This document shows, in pieces, positions 1 to 10,430 of a DNA stretch of 43,386 nt; position 1 is the stretch's first letter, and every line of letters starts with the position of its first letter. The stretch is taken from assembly GCA_049670445.1 (NCBI GenBank), contig JBATTI010000162.1, positions 1-43,386 of the forward strand, written 5' to 3'. The notes beneath the pieces were generated by a model. The model made no database searches. It had not been told where the DNA came from and was given only the letters and a program-made list of their open reading frames with translations. The position numbers were made by a program, and so were the translations under genes. The DNA comes from Albidovulum sp. GTDB taxonomy: Bacteria > Pseudomonadota > Alphaproteobacteria > Rhodobacterales > Rhodobacteraceae.

Positions 1-612
1 AAAATCATTCTTTCCAACCCGCCCAACGGCGGTTCCGGGCGCATGAATGGCGGGCAACAGGGCGGGGTCGATGATCTTGGCCACCCAATCCGGCCAGGCC
101 CCGGCCACCGGATCATACCCGGTTTTCTGCGCGTTGTTTTCATCGCTGAGCCACAGCCCGCTGAATTGCCCGGCAATCCAGTCGGCCTGATGAATCACCC
201 GTGCCGGGCCAAGGCCGGTGAACTGCACCGCGCGGGCAAGACCGCTGGTGGCACCCCGCGCCGCCGTGGTCTGGGGCGAAACCGCAGCGATCCGGGCAAG
301 CAGACCGGCATCGGTGCACACATCATTATACATCAGGCCATCTGCCAGCGGTCGCCCATCGCCATCGATTGGCAGCATCGTTCCCGACGTGCCATCCACC
401 GCCAAGGCCACCACATCACCGGGCCTAACGCCTGACAGCGCCCGGCGCAAAGCCGTCTTGACCGCGGCCCACCAGACCGCCGGGGCGCGGTGGTTGGCAC
501 CGTGATCGGCCATGGCGGATTTTGCCTCGCTCACGACCCGGCCCTGCGCGTCCATCACCAGCGCCCGCGCGCCAGAGGTGCCAAGATCGATCCCGAGGAA
601 AAGGTCAGGCAT
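1..612 (-). CDS. rbtB: FGGY-family carbohydrate kinase, RbtB-like (3' end runs off the window)
   Basis: Not in the ORF track; translated by hand from ATG at 612: MPDLFLGIDLGTSGARALVMD...VVALAVDGTSGTMLPID...GLMYND (FGGY N-terminal motifs). Overlaps the stop of the upstream gene (ATGCCTGA). Symbol rests on synteny with the S. meliloti polyol locus. Confidence 0.8.
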   Translation of the reverse strand, partial: MPDLFLGIDLGTSGARALVMDAQGRVVSEAKSAMADHGANHRAPAVWWAAVKTALRRALSGVRPGDVVALAVDGTSGTMLPIDGDGRPLADGLMYNDVCTDAGLLARIAAVSPQTTAARGATSGLARAVQFTGLGPARVIHQADWIAGQFSGLWLSDENNAQKTGYDPVAGAWPDWVAKIIDPALLPAIHAPGTAVGRVGKNDF

Positions 613-1591
613 TCAGTGCCAACCGGTATTTCTCGGCGTCCCAGTTCAGCAACTCGCCGTTTTGTTCCAAGGCCAAATAGCGCAGCGTTGCACCCTCCGG
701 GACCCGCATCAACACATCGCCCAGACATTGCGACAAGGCCCATGTGCCAGCCGATGCACCGGCAGAGGCACTGGCGCGCAGCAATGCCCCCTTGCCGGGG
801 ATCAGCACCATCGGCGGGCCGTCGCCCTCGGGCGGCGTATCGGCGGCCAGCGCCCCGACACCGCAAAAGATCACATGATCGGGATAAAGGCTGCCACCGG
901 TCGCCATCGCCAGGCGTTTCGGATCAAGGGCAAGATGCGACAGCGCGGGGGGCGCTGCGACCCAGCCGTGGGGCACTGCGCCAAGATCAGCGGCCCGCAA
1001 AGGCACCGGATCGACGCGCAGCGCCGCCACGACACGGGCCAACAGATCGTCAGCCGCGCCCACTGTTTCGGCGGCAACGATGACGCCGTGATTGGCCAGC
1101 ACAATCACGTTGCGGCCGGTTTCCACCAGACCGCGCACCTTTGCGGCCAGATTGGCGCCGGGCTTGACGTAAGGCACATGGCCCCAGTCAAAACCATCCA
1201 GTTTGGCACCGATGGCCGCGACAGGGTCGGCCTGCACCGCATGGGAAAGCGTGTGGATGCAATGGGCATGCAGCACCACGCGCTGTGGAAAGACCGCATG
1301 CAGCGACGTTTCAATCGAGGGGCGCAGACCATCGCGCATCAGCGCAAATTCTTGCGGCTGATCTGCACGCGCCTCGCCGCGCGCCAGACTGGCCCGCATC
1401 GCAGGCAGGTCACATGCAACGAAAATATCCTTGTCCAAAGCCTCGGCCAGCAAGGTGCCAGAGGCTTTGATCCACATGACATCGCCGTCCTTGACAGAGG
1501 TGTTTCCCCCCGCCGCCTGTATCAGCATCGGATCGGCCCCGATCCGGGCTGACAGGGCCGCAAGGTCTTTCAGATCCTGCGGGCGGGTCAT
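605..1591 (-). CDS. lalA: Class II aldolase/adducin-family protein, LalA-like (L-arabitol catabolism)
   Basis: Motifs AAGGNTSVK, IKASG, RPSIETSLH, VLHAH, LANHG, LYPDHVIF. Lies directly after eryB, as in S. meliloti (symbol by synteny). Confidence 0.75.
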   Translation of the reverse strand: MTRPQDLKDLAALSARIGADPMLIQAAGGNTSVKDGDVMWIKASGTLLAEALDKDIFVACDLPAMRASLARGEARADQPQEFALMRDGLRPSIETSLHAVFPQRVVLHAHCIHTLSHAVQADPVAAIGAKLDGFDWGHVPYVKPGANLAAKVRGLVETGRNVIVLANHGVIVAAETVGAADDLLARVVAALRVDPVPLRAADLGAVPHGWVAAPPALSHLALDPKRLAMATGGSLYPDHVIFCGVGALAADTPPEGDGPPMVLIPGKGALLRASASAGASAGTWALSQCLGDVLMRVPEGATLRYLALEQNGELLNWDAEKYRLALNA

Positions 1592-3090
1592 GCCGATTTC
1601 GCCAAAGCGCCATCAAACCACGCCGTGAACTTCGCAATTTCAGTCGGGGACATATGCAGGTTCTCCTTTGTTCGACGGTAAAGAACATCCTCTGGCGTCA
1701 TCGCCCATTCATGCGCGCAAAGATAACGCACCTCTGCCTCGAAAAGGCGCTGACCGAAGCGTTGCCCAAGATCCGCCACCGAGGCCGCCTTGCCGATGAT
1801 ATCTCGCATCCGGGTGCCGTAAAGCCTGCCCCAATGGGCCGCCAGATCATCCGGCAACCACGGATATTCGGCCTCTATCGCCGGCAGAAAACCTGCGTAA
1901 TCCGCCCCTTCGATATCGCCGCCCGGCAAGGCGGCTTTGGCCGTCCAGTCTGGCCCCATTTGCGGAAAACAGCCGCCAAGCTTGCGCAAGGCATGTTCGG
2001 CAAGCTTGCGGTAGGTGGTAATCTTGCCGCCAAAGACATTCAAAAGCGGCGCCCCCCCGCCCGAGGTTTCCAGATCAAAGACGTAGTCGCGCGTCACCGC
2101 CGAAGGATTGCCCGCCCCGTCATCATAAAGCGGTCGCACCCCCGAGAAACTTTGGATCACATCGTCGTGGCGCAATGTCTGTTTGAAATAGCGGTTCACG
2201 GCCGCCAGCAGATAGTCAATCTCCGCCGCATCCACAGCGACATCCTCGGGGGCACCTTCATAGGCAATATCCGTGGTGCCGATCAGCGCCTTGTCGCCCT
2301 CATAAGGGTTGATGAAGATCACCCGTTTGTCATGGTTTTGCACCAGATAGGCCTGCGGGCCATCCCAGAATTTCGGCGTAATGATATGCGAACCCTTGAC
2401 CAGCCTTACATTGCGCGCGCTGTTGGTGCCGGTGACCCGCCCGATGATATCGGTGACCCAGGGCCCCGCCGCATTGACCAGGGCGCGCGCCTTGAAGTGC
2501 TGATCCCCCGATGGGCCTTGCACCAGAATCTCCCAAAGATCGCCGTTGCGGCGCGCATTCGCACAGGTGGCGCGGGTCAGCACTTGCGCGCCCTTCTCGG
2601 CGGCATCCACTGCGTTCAGAACCACAAGCCGGCTGTCATCGACCCAGCAATCGGAATATTCAAACCCTTTGACGTAGCTGTCGCGAAGCGGCGCACCCTC
2701 TGGGGCACGGCGCAGGTTCAGCATGCGTGTGCCGGGCAATTTCTGACGCCCGCCAAGCGTGTCATATAAAAACAAGCCCAGCCGGATCAGCCATGCAGGC
2801 CGGTCCATCGGCGAATGGGGCAGCACGAAGCGCATCGGCCAGATGATATGCGGGGCCGCGTTCAGCAGCACTTCGCGCTCTATCAGCGCCTCGCGCACCA
2901 ATCTGAATTCGTAATATTCCAGATAGCGCAGACCGCCATGCACCAACTTGCCCGAGCGTGACGAGGTGCCTTGCGCCAGATCGTCCTTTTCGCACAGCAC
3001 CACGCTCAGCCCGCGCCCGGCCGCATCGCGCGCGATACCGGCACCGTTGATGCCGCCTCCGATCACGAAAAGATCGACCGGCTGTGTCAT
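1588..3090 (-). CDS. eryB: Erythritol-phosphate dehydrogenase (GlpD-like FAD enzyme)
   Basis: GGGINGAG FAD motif and GTSSRSGKLVHGGLRYLE. AYLVQNHDKRVIFINPYEGDKALIGTTD closely resembles Brucella EryB as I recall it. Same operon as eryA. Confidence 0.9.
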   Translation of the reverse strand: MTQPVDLFVIGGGINGAGIARDAAGRGLSVVLCEKDDLAQGTSSRSGKLVHGGLRYLEYYEFRLVREALIEREVLLNAAPHIIWPMRFVLPHSPMDRPAWLIRLGLFLYDTLGGRQKLPGTRMLNLRRAPEGAPLRDSYVKGFEYSDCWVDDSRLVVLNAVDAAEKGAQVLTRATCANARRNGDLWEILVQGPSGDQHFKARALVNAAGPWVTDIIGRVTGTNSARNVRLVKGSHIITPKFWDGPQAYLVQNHDKRVIFINPYEGDKALIGTTDIAYEGAPEDVAVDAAEIDYLLAAVNRYFKQTLRHDDVIQSFSGVRPLYDDGAGNPSAVTRDYVFDLETSGGGAPLLNVFGGKITTYRKLAEHALRKLGGCFPQMGPDWTAKAALPGGDIEGADYAGFLPAIEAEYPWLPDDLAAHWGRLYGTRMRDIIGKAASVADLGQRFGQRLFEAEVRYLCAHEWAMTPEDVLYRRTKENLHMSPTEIAKFTAWFDGALAKSA

Positions 3091-3740
3091 CCCGCATCAT
3101 CCCCGGACTGCACCCCGTAGCTTGCAAACCCCCGCGCGGTTTCGGCAATCTCGTCGTCACTCAGCACCTTGGCGCCGCCAATGGCAAGTGCATGGACATA
3201 TTGATGGGCCAGCGCCTCCAGCTCTTCTGCAAGCCATACGGCACGGGTCAGATCGGCACCCACCACGACCATGCCGTGATTGGCCATCAGGCAGCCATTG
3301 CGCCCCTCCATCCCCTTCAGGACATGCACCGACAGTTCCGCCGTGCCGTAGCGGGCATAGTCGCACACCCGCACATCCGGCCCGCCAAAGGCCGCGATCA
3401 TGTAATGGATCGCCGGGATCGGTCGATGCGCATTGGCAAGGATGGTCGAATAGGGCGCATGGGTATGGACGACCGCACCGACATCGGGGCGGGATCGCAA
3501 GATATCGCGGTGAAACCGCCATTCGGTCGAGGGCCGCTTTGGCCCCTCCCAAGCGCCGGTGTCTGACGCCAGCGGCATACGCGCGATCATCTCGGGCCGG
3601 ATCACATCATAGCTTACCGCCGAGGGCGTGATCAGCATATCCTCCCCGTCCCGCACCGAGATATTGCCCGATGACCCCCGGTTCAGCCCGTCCGCCTCAA
3701 GCTTTTTGCATGCGGCAATGATTTCGTTGCAATGTTTCAT
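3087..3740 (-). CDS. Class II aldolase (L-fuculose-phosphate aldolase-like)
   Basis: SGNISVR, LITPS, PSTEWRFH and Zn ligands HTH/NHG; FucA-sized at 217 aa. Confidence 0.85.
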   Translation of the reverse strand: MKHCNEIIAACKKLEADGLNRGSSGNISVRDGEDMLITPSAVSYDVIRPEMIARMPLASDTGAWEGPKRPSTEWRFHRDILRSRPDVGAVVHTHAPYSTILANAHRPIPAIHYMIAAFGGPDVRVCDYARYGTAELSVHVLKGMEGRNGCLMANHGMVVVGADLTRAVWLAEELEALAHQYVHALAIGGAKVLSDDEIAETARGFASYGVQSGDDAG

Positions 3741-3744
3741 AGGA

Positions 3745-4785
3745 TCAACAGGGGTTGCGCGGGGGTTCGCCCGCTATGTAACGGCGCACCTCTTCGGCGG
3801 CCTGTTCGGCGGCGAAGGTTACGGTGCGCACGGAAGCCCCGGCGATATGCGGGGTCAGGGTGACATTGGGCAATTGCAAAAGCGGCCAGTCAGGCGGCAC
3901 CGGTTCCACCCCGAAGGTTTCCATCATCGCACTTCCGATCTCGCCGTCCACCAACGCCTGATAAAGGTCGTCATAATTGCACATCGGACCGCGGGCGGTG
4001 TTCACGAACAATGCGTCCTTCTTCATCTTTCGAAACGCCTCGGCATTCATCATCTGCCGGGTCTCATCGGTTACGCGGGCATGAAGCGTCACGACATCCG
4101 CATCCGCCAGCAGCCGGTCAAGGGCCACTTGCTCCACCCCGGCTTGCAGATCCTCGGGGGAAAGCTGCACGTAAGGATCGCAGACCAGCACTTTGCTTCC
4201 GAAGGCCCGCAGCAATTTCACCACCTTGGTGCCGATATTGCCGTATCCGATCACCCCCACGGTCATCTCGTTCAACTCGCGCCCCGTCACATCGGCACGG
4301 TAAAGATCGCCGCGCCAGTTGCCCGCGCGCAAATGCTCGTGGCCTTCGCGGATCTTGCGGGTCTCGGCCAGAATCGCCCCCAGCGTGAATTCCGCCACCG
4401 CGGTAGAGTTGCGCCCCGGCGTGTTCACCACCGTCACCCCATGATCCTTTGCGGCTTGCATATCCACATTGACCGGCCCGCCGCGCGACACGGCCACCAG
4501 TTTCAGGTTCGGCAAACGCTCAAAGACGCCGCGTGACAGCGGCGCCAGTTGGGTTACCAGAATTTCGGCGTCACCGACAAACCCCACCACATCATCCGCC
4601 GTGCCAAAATATTCCTTCAGCCCCTCCATGCCCGCCACCGCATAGCCATGCTCCATCGGTTCATCCGGCCAGTTGTCCTTGCGGCTGCGCAAGACCACGC
4701 TGTCACCGCAGGCGGCCTCAAGCGCGCTGGCAAAGATCTCTGGCAGCATGAAAAGATCGCCAATGATGGCAACGGATTTAGGCAT
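3745..4785 (-). CDS. rbtA: D-2-hydroxyacid dehydrogenase family, RbtA-like (pentitol-phosphate dehydrogenase)
   Basis: Start revised to MPKSVAII at 4785, overlapping the eryA stop. GYGNIG NAD motif, VNTARG, TPHIAG. Symbol by synteny. Confidence 0.8.
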   Translation of the reverse strand: MPKSVAIIGDLFMLPEIFASALEAACGDSVVLRSRKDNWPDEPMEHGYAVAGMEGLKEYFGTADDVVGFVGDAEILVTQLAPLSRGVFERLPNLKLVAVSRGGPVNVDMQAAKDHGVTVVNTPGRNSTAVAEFTLGAILAETRKIREGHEHLRAGNWRGDLYRADVTGRELNEMTVGVIGYGNIGTKVVKLLRAFGSKVLVCDPYVQLSPEDLQAGVEQVALDRLLADADVVTLHARVTDETRQMMNAEAFRKMKKDALFVNTARGPMCNYDDLYQALVDGEIGSAMMETFGVEPVPPDWPLLQLPNVTLTPHIAGASVRTVTFAAEQAAEEVRRYIAGEPPRNPC

Positions 4786-6346
4786 TCTTTGTCTCCTGAA
4801 CTGCCGCCAGTGTCGCCCAAACCGGCGCGGCGGCCTGACGGATGGCCTGATAGGCGGGAAAAACGCGCTGGTACAGGGCCGAAAGGTCCGGGTCCGGGGG
4901 TTTTGCCGGGCCAAGCAATGGCCGCACCCAATCGTTGACACAAGCATCCATGTCCGGGTAAGCGCCGATGGCCAAAGCCGCGATCATCGCCGCCCCCGCC
5001 GCCCCCGCCTCATCGCGCATCGCCGGGCGCACCGAGGCCCCCAGAACCGCCGCCAAAATGGCACGCACCCCATCCGATCGCGCCGCACCGCCGGTGACGC
5101 GCACCTCTGCCGGGACCGGCCCCATGGCGGCGTAACAATCGCGCGCGGCATATCCAAGCCCTTCGACCACCCCGCGCATCAGATCGGGAAAGCGGTGCTG
5201 CGATGCGATCCCGGCAAAGCCTGCGCGCGCATTGGTGTCCACGAAGGGCCCGCGCTCTCCGGCTTCGGAAATATAGGGGTGGTAGATGACCGAGGCGGGG
5301 CTGGTCTGCGCCAGCCACTCATCAATCCGCTCGACCATGCCCGCGCGGCTGGCCTGCCCCCCCATCTCGGCAATCAGATCGGCCCCGACATTCAAAAGCC
5401 AGTCGATGTTCAATGTAGACGCCATATTGGTCTGGATCTGCGCCACCATCCCCGGCACCGGCAAGACCATGACATATCCCGATGGCACCGCGCCAAGTGT
5501 CACCTCTGCCGCCGGGGTCGCGCGCATATGCATGCCGGTTGATCCAAGAATAGTGCACCCGGCCTCGGCCCCGCGCGTGTAGATCCCGGCCCCCATCGCC
5601 GTGCAAACCACATCGACATAGGCCAGCGACACCGGCGTGCCCGCCAAAAGCCCGGTCTGTGACGCGGCCATCGCGGTCAGCCCATGGGTGTGCTGGGCGC
5701 CGTCGATGATTTCGGGCAAAAGCCCGCGCCTGTGCGACAAGCCAAGGCTGGCGATGACCTCATCACTATAGCGGCGCGAAAGGTAGCTTCCGAAGGTAAA
5801 ATTGGCCTCCGAAGGGTCAGTGGCGCGAATGCCCGTAAGGTTCAGGTAAAGCCAGTCCTTGCAATGCAGGGCAACTTCTGCCCGGTCCAGAAGCGCCGGC
5901 GTCGTGGTGTCCATATGCGCCAGCTGCACCCCCATCTGGCAGGCATTAAGCCCGGTGCCGGTGCTGTCAAACCGCGCCCGGCTTTCCGCATCGCGCAGCC
6001 GCACGGCCGTTGCCGCACTGCGTGCATCGAGCCAGATCCACCCATCCGTCACCGGCCGGTTGCCCGCGCCGACAAGCCAGGTCCCATCGCCCTGCCCCGT
6101 CACCGCCAGGGCCAAGGTGCGTTCGGCCAGATCGGGCACAAGAGCGGCCAGATCCCGCAAGGTCTGCGCGCAATCGGCCCAGGTATCATCTTGCGACTGA
6201 AACGCCGCACCATCGGGGCCGGTGGCATAGCGGTTGGGAACCGAGGCAATCGCGATCTGCTCTCCTCCCGGCGTGAAGGCAACCGATTTGATGACGGAGG
6301 TGCCCGCATCGATCCCGATCAAGATATCACGCCCGCCCCTTGTCAT
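4778..6346 (-). CDS. eryA: Erythritol/polyol kinase (FGGY family)
   Basis: IGIDAGTSVIK, VTGQGDGTWLVG, LHCKDWLYLNLTG, YHPYISEAGERGPF; strongly resembles Brucella EryA. Confidence 0.92.
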   Translation of the reverse strand: MTRGGRDILIGIDAGTSVIKSVAFTPGGEQIAIASVPNRYATGPDGAAFQSQDDTWADCAQTLRDLAALVPDLAERTLALAVTGQGDGTWLVGAGNRPVTDGWIWLDARSAATAVRLRDAESRARFDSTGTGLNACQMGVQLAHMDTTTPALLDRAEVALHCKDWLYLNLTGIRATDPSEANFTFGSYLSRRYSDEVIASLGLSHRRGLLPEIIDGAQHTHGLTAMAASQTGLLAGTPVSLAYVDVVCTAMGAGIYTRGAEAGCTILGSTGMHMRATPAAEVTLGAVPSGYVMVLPVPGMVAQIQTNMASTLNIDWLLNVGADLIAEMGGQASRAGMVERIDEWLAQTSPASVIYHPYISEAGERGPFVDTNARAGFAGIASQHRFPDLMRGVVEGLGYAARDCYAAMGPVPAEVRVTGGAARSDGVRAILAAVLGASVRPAMRDEAGAAGAAMIAALAIGAYPDMDACVNDWVRPLLGPAKPPDPDLSALYQRVFPAYQAIRQAAAPVWATLAAVQETKNA

Positions 6347-7467
6347 ACCGCTTGCACCCCGTGGCTGATGGCCATTCCGGTTTCAATGTCGAAGACATGC
6401 AGGTCTTCGGGGGCAAGCCGCACCTTGATGGCTGCGCCGACGCTGACATCTGCGCGGTCATGTTCCACCAAAACGATGGTGCCCCCGGCGAAACGGGCCG
6501 CGATATGCGATTGATCCCCCAGCCATTGATTGGCCAGAACCTGCGCCGGGGCACCGTCATCGCGGCGGTGCACCGCATAGGGGCGCACGCCCAGCATGAT
6601 CTCGGGGCGCGCCACAAGGGCTGCGCGCACCGCAGGCGCAAAGGCATCGCTGGCATAGCGCAGCTCCAACCCGTCGCCCAGATCAAGCGTCAGTGTATCG
6701 CCCATCTCGCGGGCGCGGGCCGCAAAGACATTCATCGGCGGCTCGCCCACGAAAGTGCCGGTGAAAAGATTGGCCGGGGCTTCCTTGATCTCTTGGGGCG
6801 TTGCATATTGCTGCAACACACCGCCCTCCATGACCGCAATCCGGTCTGCAAGCGCATTCGCCTCGGTCTGATCATGGGTCACAAGGATCGCGGTCAATCC
6901 ACGCTCCTTGATGTAATGCTTGATCCGCCCGCGCAAAAGCGTGCGCAACTGCGGTTCCAACTGGCCCATGGGTTCATCCAGCAAATGCAGATCCGCATCC
7001 CGGATCAAGGCCCGCGCCAAAGACGCCCGTTGCTGCTGCCCGCCCGAGACAGAGGTCGGATAGCGCCCCAGAATATCGGTGATCTCCAGCATCTCGGTGA
7101 CTTCCCTGACGCGGGCCTCGACCTCGGCATTCGGCAGTTTTGCGGCTTTGAGCGCAAAGGCAATGTTTTCGCCAACCGTCACCGTCGGGTAAAGCGAATA
7201 GCCTTCAAATGCCATGGCCACGTTGCGGCGCACCGGGGGCAGGTCCTGAACTTCGCGCCCCAGCAATTCGATGGTGCCGCGGCTTGCCTCTTCAAAGCCC
7301 GCGATCATGCGCAAGGTGGAGGTTTTGCCGCATCCCGAAGACCCCAGCAAAGCGATGATCTCGCCCTTCATCACATCCATGCTGATCTTTTGAACCGCAT
7401 GAACGCCCTTGTCGATCTGCCCGTAAAACTTGTCCACGGCCGTGAGCCTGAGTTGCACGCTCATCAT
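6343..7467 (-). CDS. mptE: Carbohydrate ABC transporter ATP-binding protein
   Basis: Walker A GSSGCGKT, signature VSGGQQQR, Walker B LLDEP, C-terminal TOBE-like region. Confidence 0.9.
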   Translation of the reverse strand: MMSVQLRLTAVDKFYGQIDKGVHAVQKISMDVMKGEIIALLGSSGCGKTSTLRMIAGFEEASRGTIELLGREVQDLPPVRRNVAMAFEGYSLYPTVTVGENIAFALKAAKLPNAEVEARVREVTEMLEITDILGRYPTSVSGGQQQRASLARALIRDADLHLLDEPMGQLEPQLRTLLRGRIKHYIKERGLTAILVTHDQTEANALADRIAVMEGGVLQQYATPQEIKEAPANLFTGTFVGEPPMNVFAARAREMGDTLTLDLGDGLELRYASDAFAPAVRAALVARPEIMLGVRPYAVHRRDDGAPAQVLANQWLGDQSHIAARFAGGTIVLVEHDRADVSVGAAIKVRLAPEDLHVFDIETGMAISHGVQAV

Positions 7468-8573
7468 GCCGCTCCTTGCGATTGCGCGCCCGCCGCCGGG
7501 GCGATGCGGCTTTTGGTTGCACGGTCAAACAGATGAATATGGCTCGCATCAATGGCAATAAATCCGGTGCCGCTGCTGGGCCCCGGCGCGCCTGCCGGGC
7601 GCGACACCATGACTTCGCGCTGGTTTTCGGTCAGCGCCAGCGTCACGGTCTTTTCGTTCAGCGGCGTCTCTGTCTCGATCGTCAAAGGGATAGCACCTTT
7701 GGTGCCTTCTTCGACAAAGCGGATCGCCTCGGGCCGGATACCGATTATGCAGTCCTGGCCAATGGCGCCGCCGTAGCCCGCATCAATCGGGATCGGCACC
7801 CCCGACAAAGGCACCACCACGCCCCCGCCCACAGCTTCGGGGCGCACCTCCAGCAGGTTGATCACCGGATCCCCGAAAAGCCGGGCGATCTCTATATTGG
7901 CAGGCGTCAGATATATGTCCTGCGGCGTCCCGATCTGCTGGATGCCGTGGTTGTTCATCACCGCGATCCGGTCGCCCAGCGCCATCGCTTCCTTGTAATC
8001 TTGCGTCACATAGATCACCGTCGCGTTCTGATCTTTCAGCAGGCGCGGCAATTCCAGCCGCATCTCGAAGCGCAGCTTGGCATCGACGTTGCGCAACGGA
8101 TCATCCAACAGCAGAATTTCAGGCTCGCCCGCAAGCGCACGGGCAAGGGCGGTTCGCTGCTTTTGGCCGTTCGACAGTTCTTTTGGCTTGTGATGCAAGA
8201 CATGCTCGATCTTAAGCATGCGGGCGATCTTGCCGACCTTTTCGACGATACCGCTGGCGCTTGTGTTACGCGCGGTCAGCGGTGCTGCGATGTTATCTGA
8301 CGCATCCATATGCGGAAAAAGCGCGAAATTCTGAAACGCCATACCGATGCCGCGATCTTCCGGCTCGATACCATCCATGTCTTGACCATTGATTGTTATT
8401 TGGCCCTTGTCCGGCTCGATCACGCCGGTGATCAGCCGCAACAAAACCGTCTTGCCCGCACCCGACGGGCCAAACAAGACCAGCGTCTCGCCGGTATCCA
8501 CCGACAGGCTCACCCCATTCAGGACCACATCATTCTTGAACGCCTTGACGATGTCGGTAAGAACCAAACTCAT
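7464..8573 (-). CDS. mptD: Carbohydrate ABC transporter ATP-binding protein
   Basis: GPSGAGKT, LSNGQKQR, LLLDDP; second ATPase of the pair. Confidence 0.9.
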   Translation of the reverse strand: MSLVLTDIVKAFKNDVVLNGVSLSVDTGETLVLFGPSGAGKTVLLRLITGVIEPDKGQITINGQDMDGIEPEDRGIGMAFQNFALFPHMDASDNIAAPLTARNTSASGIVEKVGKIARMLKIEHVLHHKPKELSNGQKQRTALARALAGEPEILLLDDPLRNVDAKLRFEMRLELPRLLKDQNATVIYVTQDYKEAMALGDRIAVMNNHGIQQIGTPQDIYLTPANIEIARLFGDPVINLLEVRPEAVGGGVVVPLSGVPIPIDAGYGGAIGQDCIIGIRPEAIRFVEEGTKGAIPLTIETETPLNEKTVTLALTENQREVMVSRPAGAPGPSSGTGFIAIDASHIHLFDRATKSRIAPAAGAQSQGAA

Positions 8574-8576
8574 GAT

Positions 8577-9434
8577 TTATCCTTTCACCGCACCAAGGCT
8601 CAGGCCTTCAACAAGATAGCGTTGGGCGTAAAGAGCCAGCGCAAAGGTCGGCGCGATCGACAGGATGATCCCCGCCGCGATCTGCCCGTATTGCACCCCC
8701 GATGCGGTGATGAATGCCAGCGCCCCCACCGTGACCGGCTGCTTGTCGGCCGAGGCCAGCACCAGCGCGAAGATAAAGTTGTTCCAGGCGAAGATGAAGG
8801 CCAGCAACGCCGCCGCCGCGATCCCCGGTGCCGCCAGCGGCAGGGCTATCTTGCGGAACGTCGTCCACCAGCGGTGACCTGCAATGCGGTAGGCATATTC
8901 GATATCCGCCGGAATATCCTCAAAATACCCCCGCACGATCCACAAGATCAGCGGCAGCACAATCAACTGATAGACCCAGATCAAACCGCCATAGGTATTG
9001 GCCAGCCCAAGCTGCTGGAAATAAATCGTCAGCGGCAAAAGCACCAGCAAGGGCGGCGCAAAGCGAAACGACAAAAGCGTGAAGGCAATATCCTCGGAGC
9101 CGCGAAATTTGAGGCGGGCAAAGGCATAGGCCGCTGGCACCCCCAAAAGCAGCCCCAGCGCCACCGAGGTGGTGGACAAGAACAGCGAATTGAAAAGGTT
9201 GCCCATGAACTTGATCTCTAGCGAACTGGTCACCGTCTCCAACTGGCCGGTGATCAGGCCCCGGTAGTTTTGCAATGTCGGCTCGAAAAAGATCGATGGC
9301 GGCACCCGAAGGATCGTCTCATTGGTCTGAAAAGACATCAACACGATCCAAAAGATCGGAAACATGAAGAAAAGGATCACAAGCGTGATGGCGATACCGC
9401 GCAAGATACGCTCCAGCGATGATGCTTTGTGCAT
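8577..9434 (-). CDS. mptC: Carbohydrate ABC transporter permease (MalG-like)
   Basis: Hydrophobic segments, EAA-like loop DIEYAYRIAG, C-terminal GLSLGAVKG. Confidence 0.9.
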   Translation of the reverse strand: MHKASSLERILRGIAITLVILFFMFPIFWIVLMSFQTNETILRVPPSIFFEPTLQNYRGLITGQLETVTSSLEIKFMGNLFNSLFLSTTSVALGLLLGVPAAYAFARLKFRGSEDIAFTLLSFRFAPPLLVLLPLTIYFQQLGLANTYGGLIWVYQLIVLPLILWIVRGYFEDIPADIEYAYRIAGHRWWTTFRKIALPLAAPGIAAAALLAFIFAWNNFIFALVLASADKQPVTVGALAFITASGVQYGQIAAGIILSIAPTFALALYAQRYLVEGLSLGAVKG

Positions 9435-9448
9435 GGCGCCCTCCCCCT

Positions 9449-10372
9449 TTACATTTCGCCGCGCTGGTTTTCACGCAGGCGCAGCCAGTTTTTGATAAAG
9501 ATATTCGACAGGAAATAGGTGATCGCCCAAAGGATCATCATCAGCGCCGCCGAACGGCCGACATTCGTCGATTGGAAGAAGTTCAGATAGGCCTCGACCT
9601 GAAACACCGTCAGCGCATCACCCGGCCCGCCCTGGGTCATGGCATAGATGATGTCGAATTGCTGAATGCTCTCGATGACCCGAAACAACACGGCGGTCAG
9701 CAAAAACGGCGTCAACATCGGCAAGGTGATCCGGCGAAAGACAAAGAGCCGCGGCACACCGTCCAGCGCAGCGGCCTCGAACGGTTGTTGTGGCAAGGAC
9801 CGCAGCCCCGCCAGCAGCAAGATCATGATGAAGGGCGTGTAAACCCAGACATCCACGATCACCACCGTCAACATCGCCGTCTTCGGATCCGAGGCCCAGT
9901 TGAAATTCTCAAACCCCAGCAAGGTGGCGAAATAGGACAAGATCCCAAAACCCGGATTGGTCATCAGCTTCCACATCAAGGCGGCCAGCGCCGGTGCGGT
10001 CATCAGCGGCATCAGCAGCATGATCGACACGAAGTTGTTGAACCGCGACCGCTTTTGCAGCAAAAGTGCGATGCCAAGGCCCAGCAAAAGTTCGATCGTG
10101 ACCGTCGCGAACGCATAGGTCATCGACACTTTGAGCGTGTTCCAAAAGGACGCGTCGGTCATGAAATTCAGGTAGTTTTCGCCCCAGTTGTACTTACGCG
10201 CCCAAGGCTGCGACAGCCGGAAGCGTTGCAAGGAATAGGCAACGGCGGTGACAAAAGGGATCAGGATGCCGATACAGGTCAACAGCGCCGGAAGGCTAAG
10301 CAGATAGGGCAGCATCCTGCGGCTGACTTTGAAGCGGCGCTTTGGCAAACCGCCGTGGGTCGCATCGGACAT
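9449..10372 (-). CDS. mptB: Carbohydrate ABC transporter permease (MalF-like)
   Basis: EAAALDG loop and MTQGGPG. Start placed at MSDATHG, downstream of an AGGAGAG RBS. Confidence 0.9.
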   Translation of the reverse strand: MSDATHGGLPKRRFKVSRRMLPYLLSLPALLTCIGILIPFVTAVAYSLQRFRLSQPWARKYNWGENYLNFMTDASFWNTLKVSMTYAFATVTIELLLGLGIALLLQKRSRFNNFVSIMLLMPLMTAPALAALMWKLMTNPGFGILSYFATLLGFENFNWASDPKTAMLTVVIVDVWVYTPFIMILLLAGLRSLPQQPFEAAALDGVPRLFVFRRITLPMLTPFLLTAVLFRVIESIQQFDIIYAMTQGGPGDALTVFQVEAYLNFFQSTNVGRSAALMMILWAITYFLSNIFIKNWLRLRENQRGEM

Positions 10373-10430
10373 GGACAAAACTCTCCTGATTTCCTGACAC
10401 ATGGTCAAGAAAGGCAAATCCCTGGGCCTA

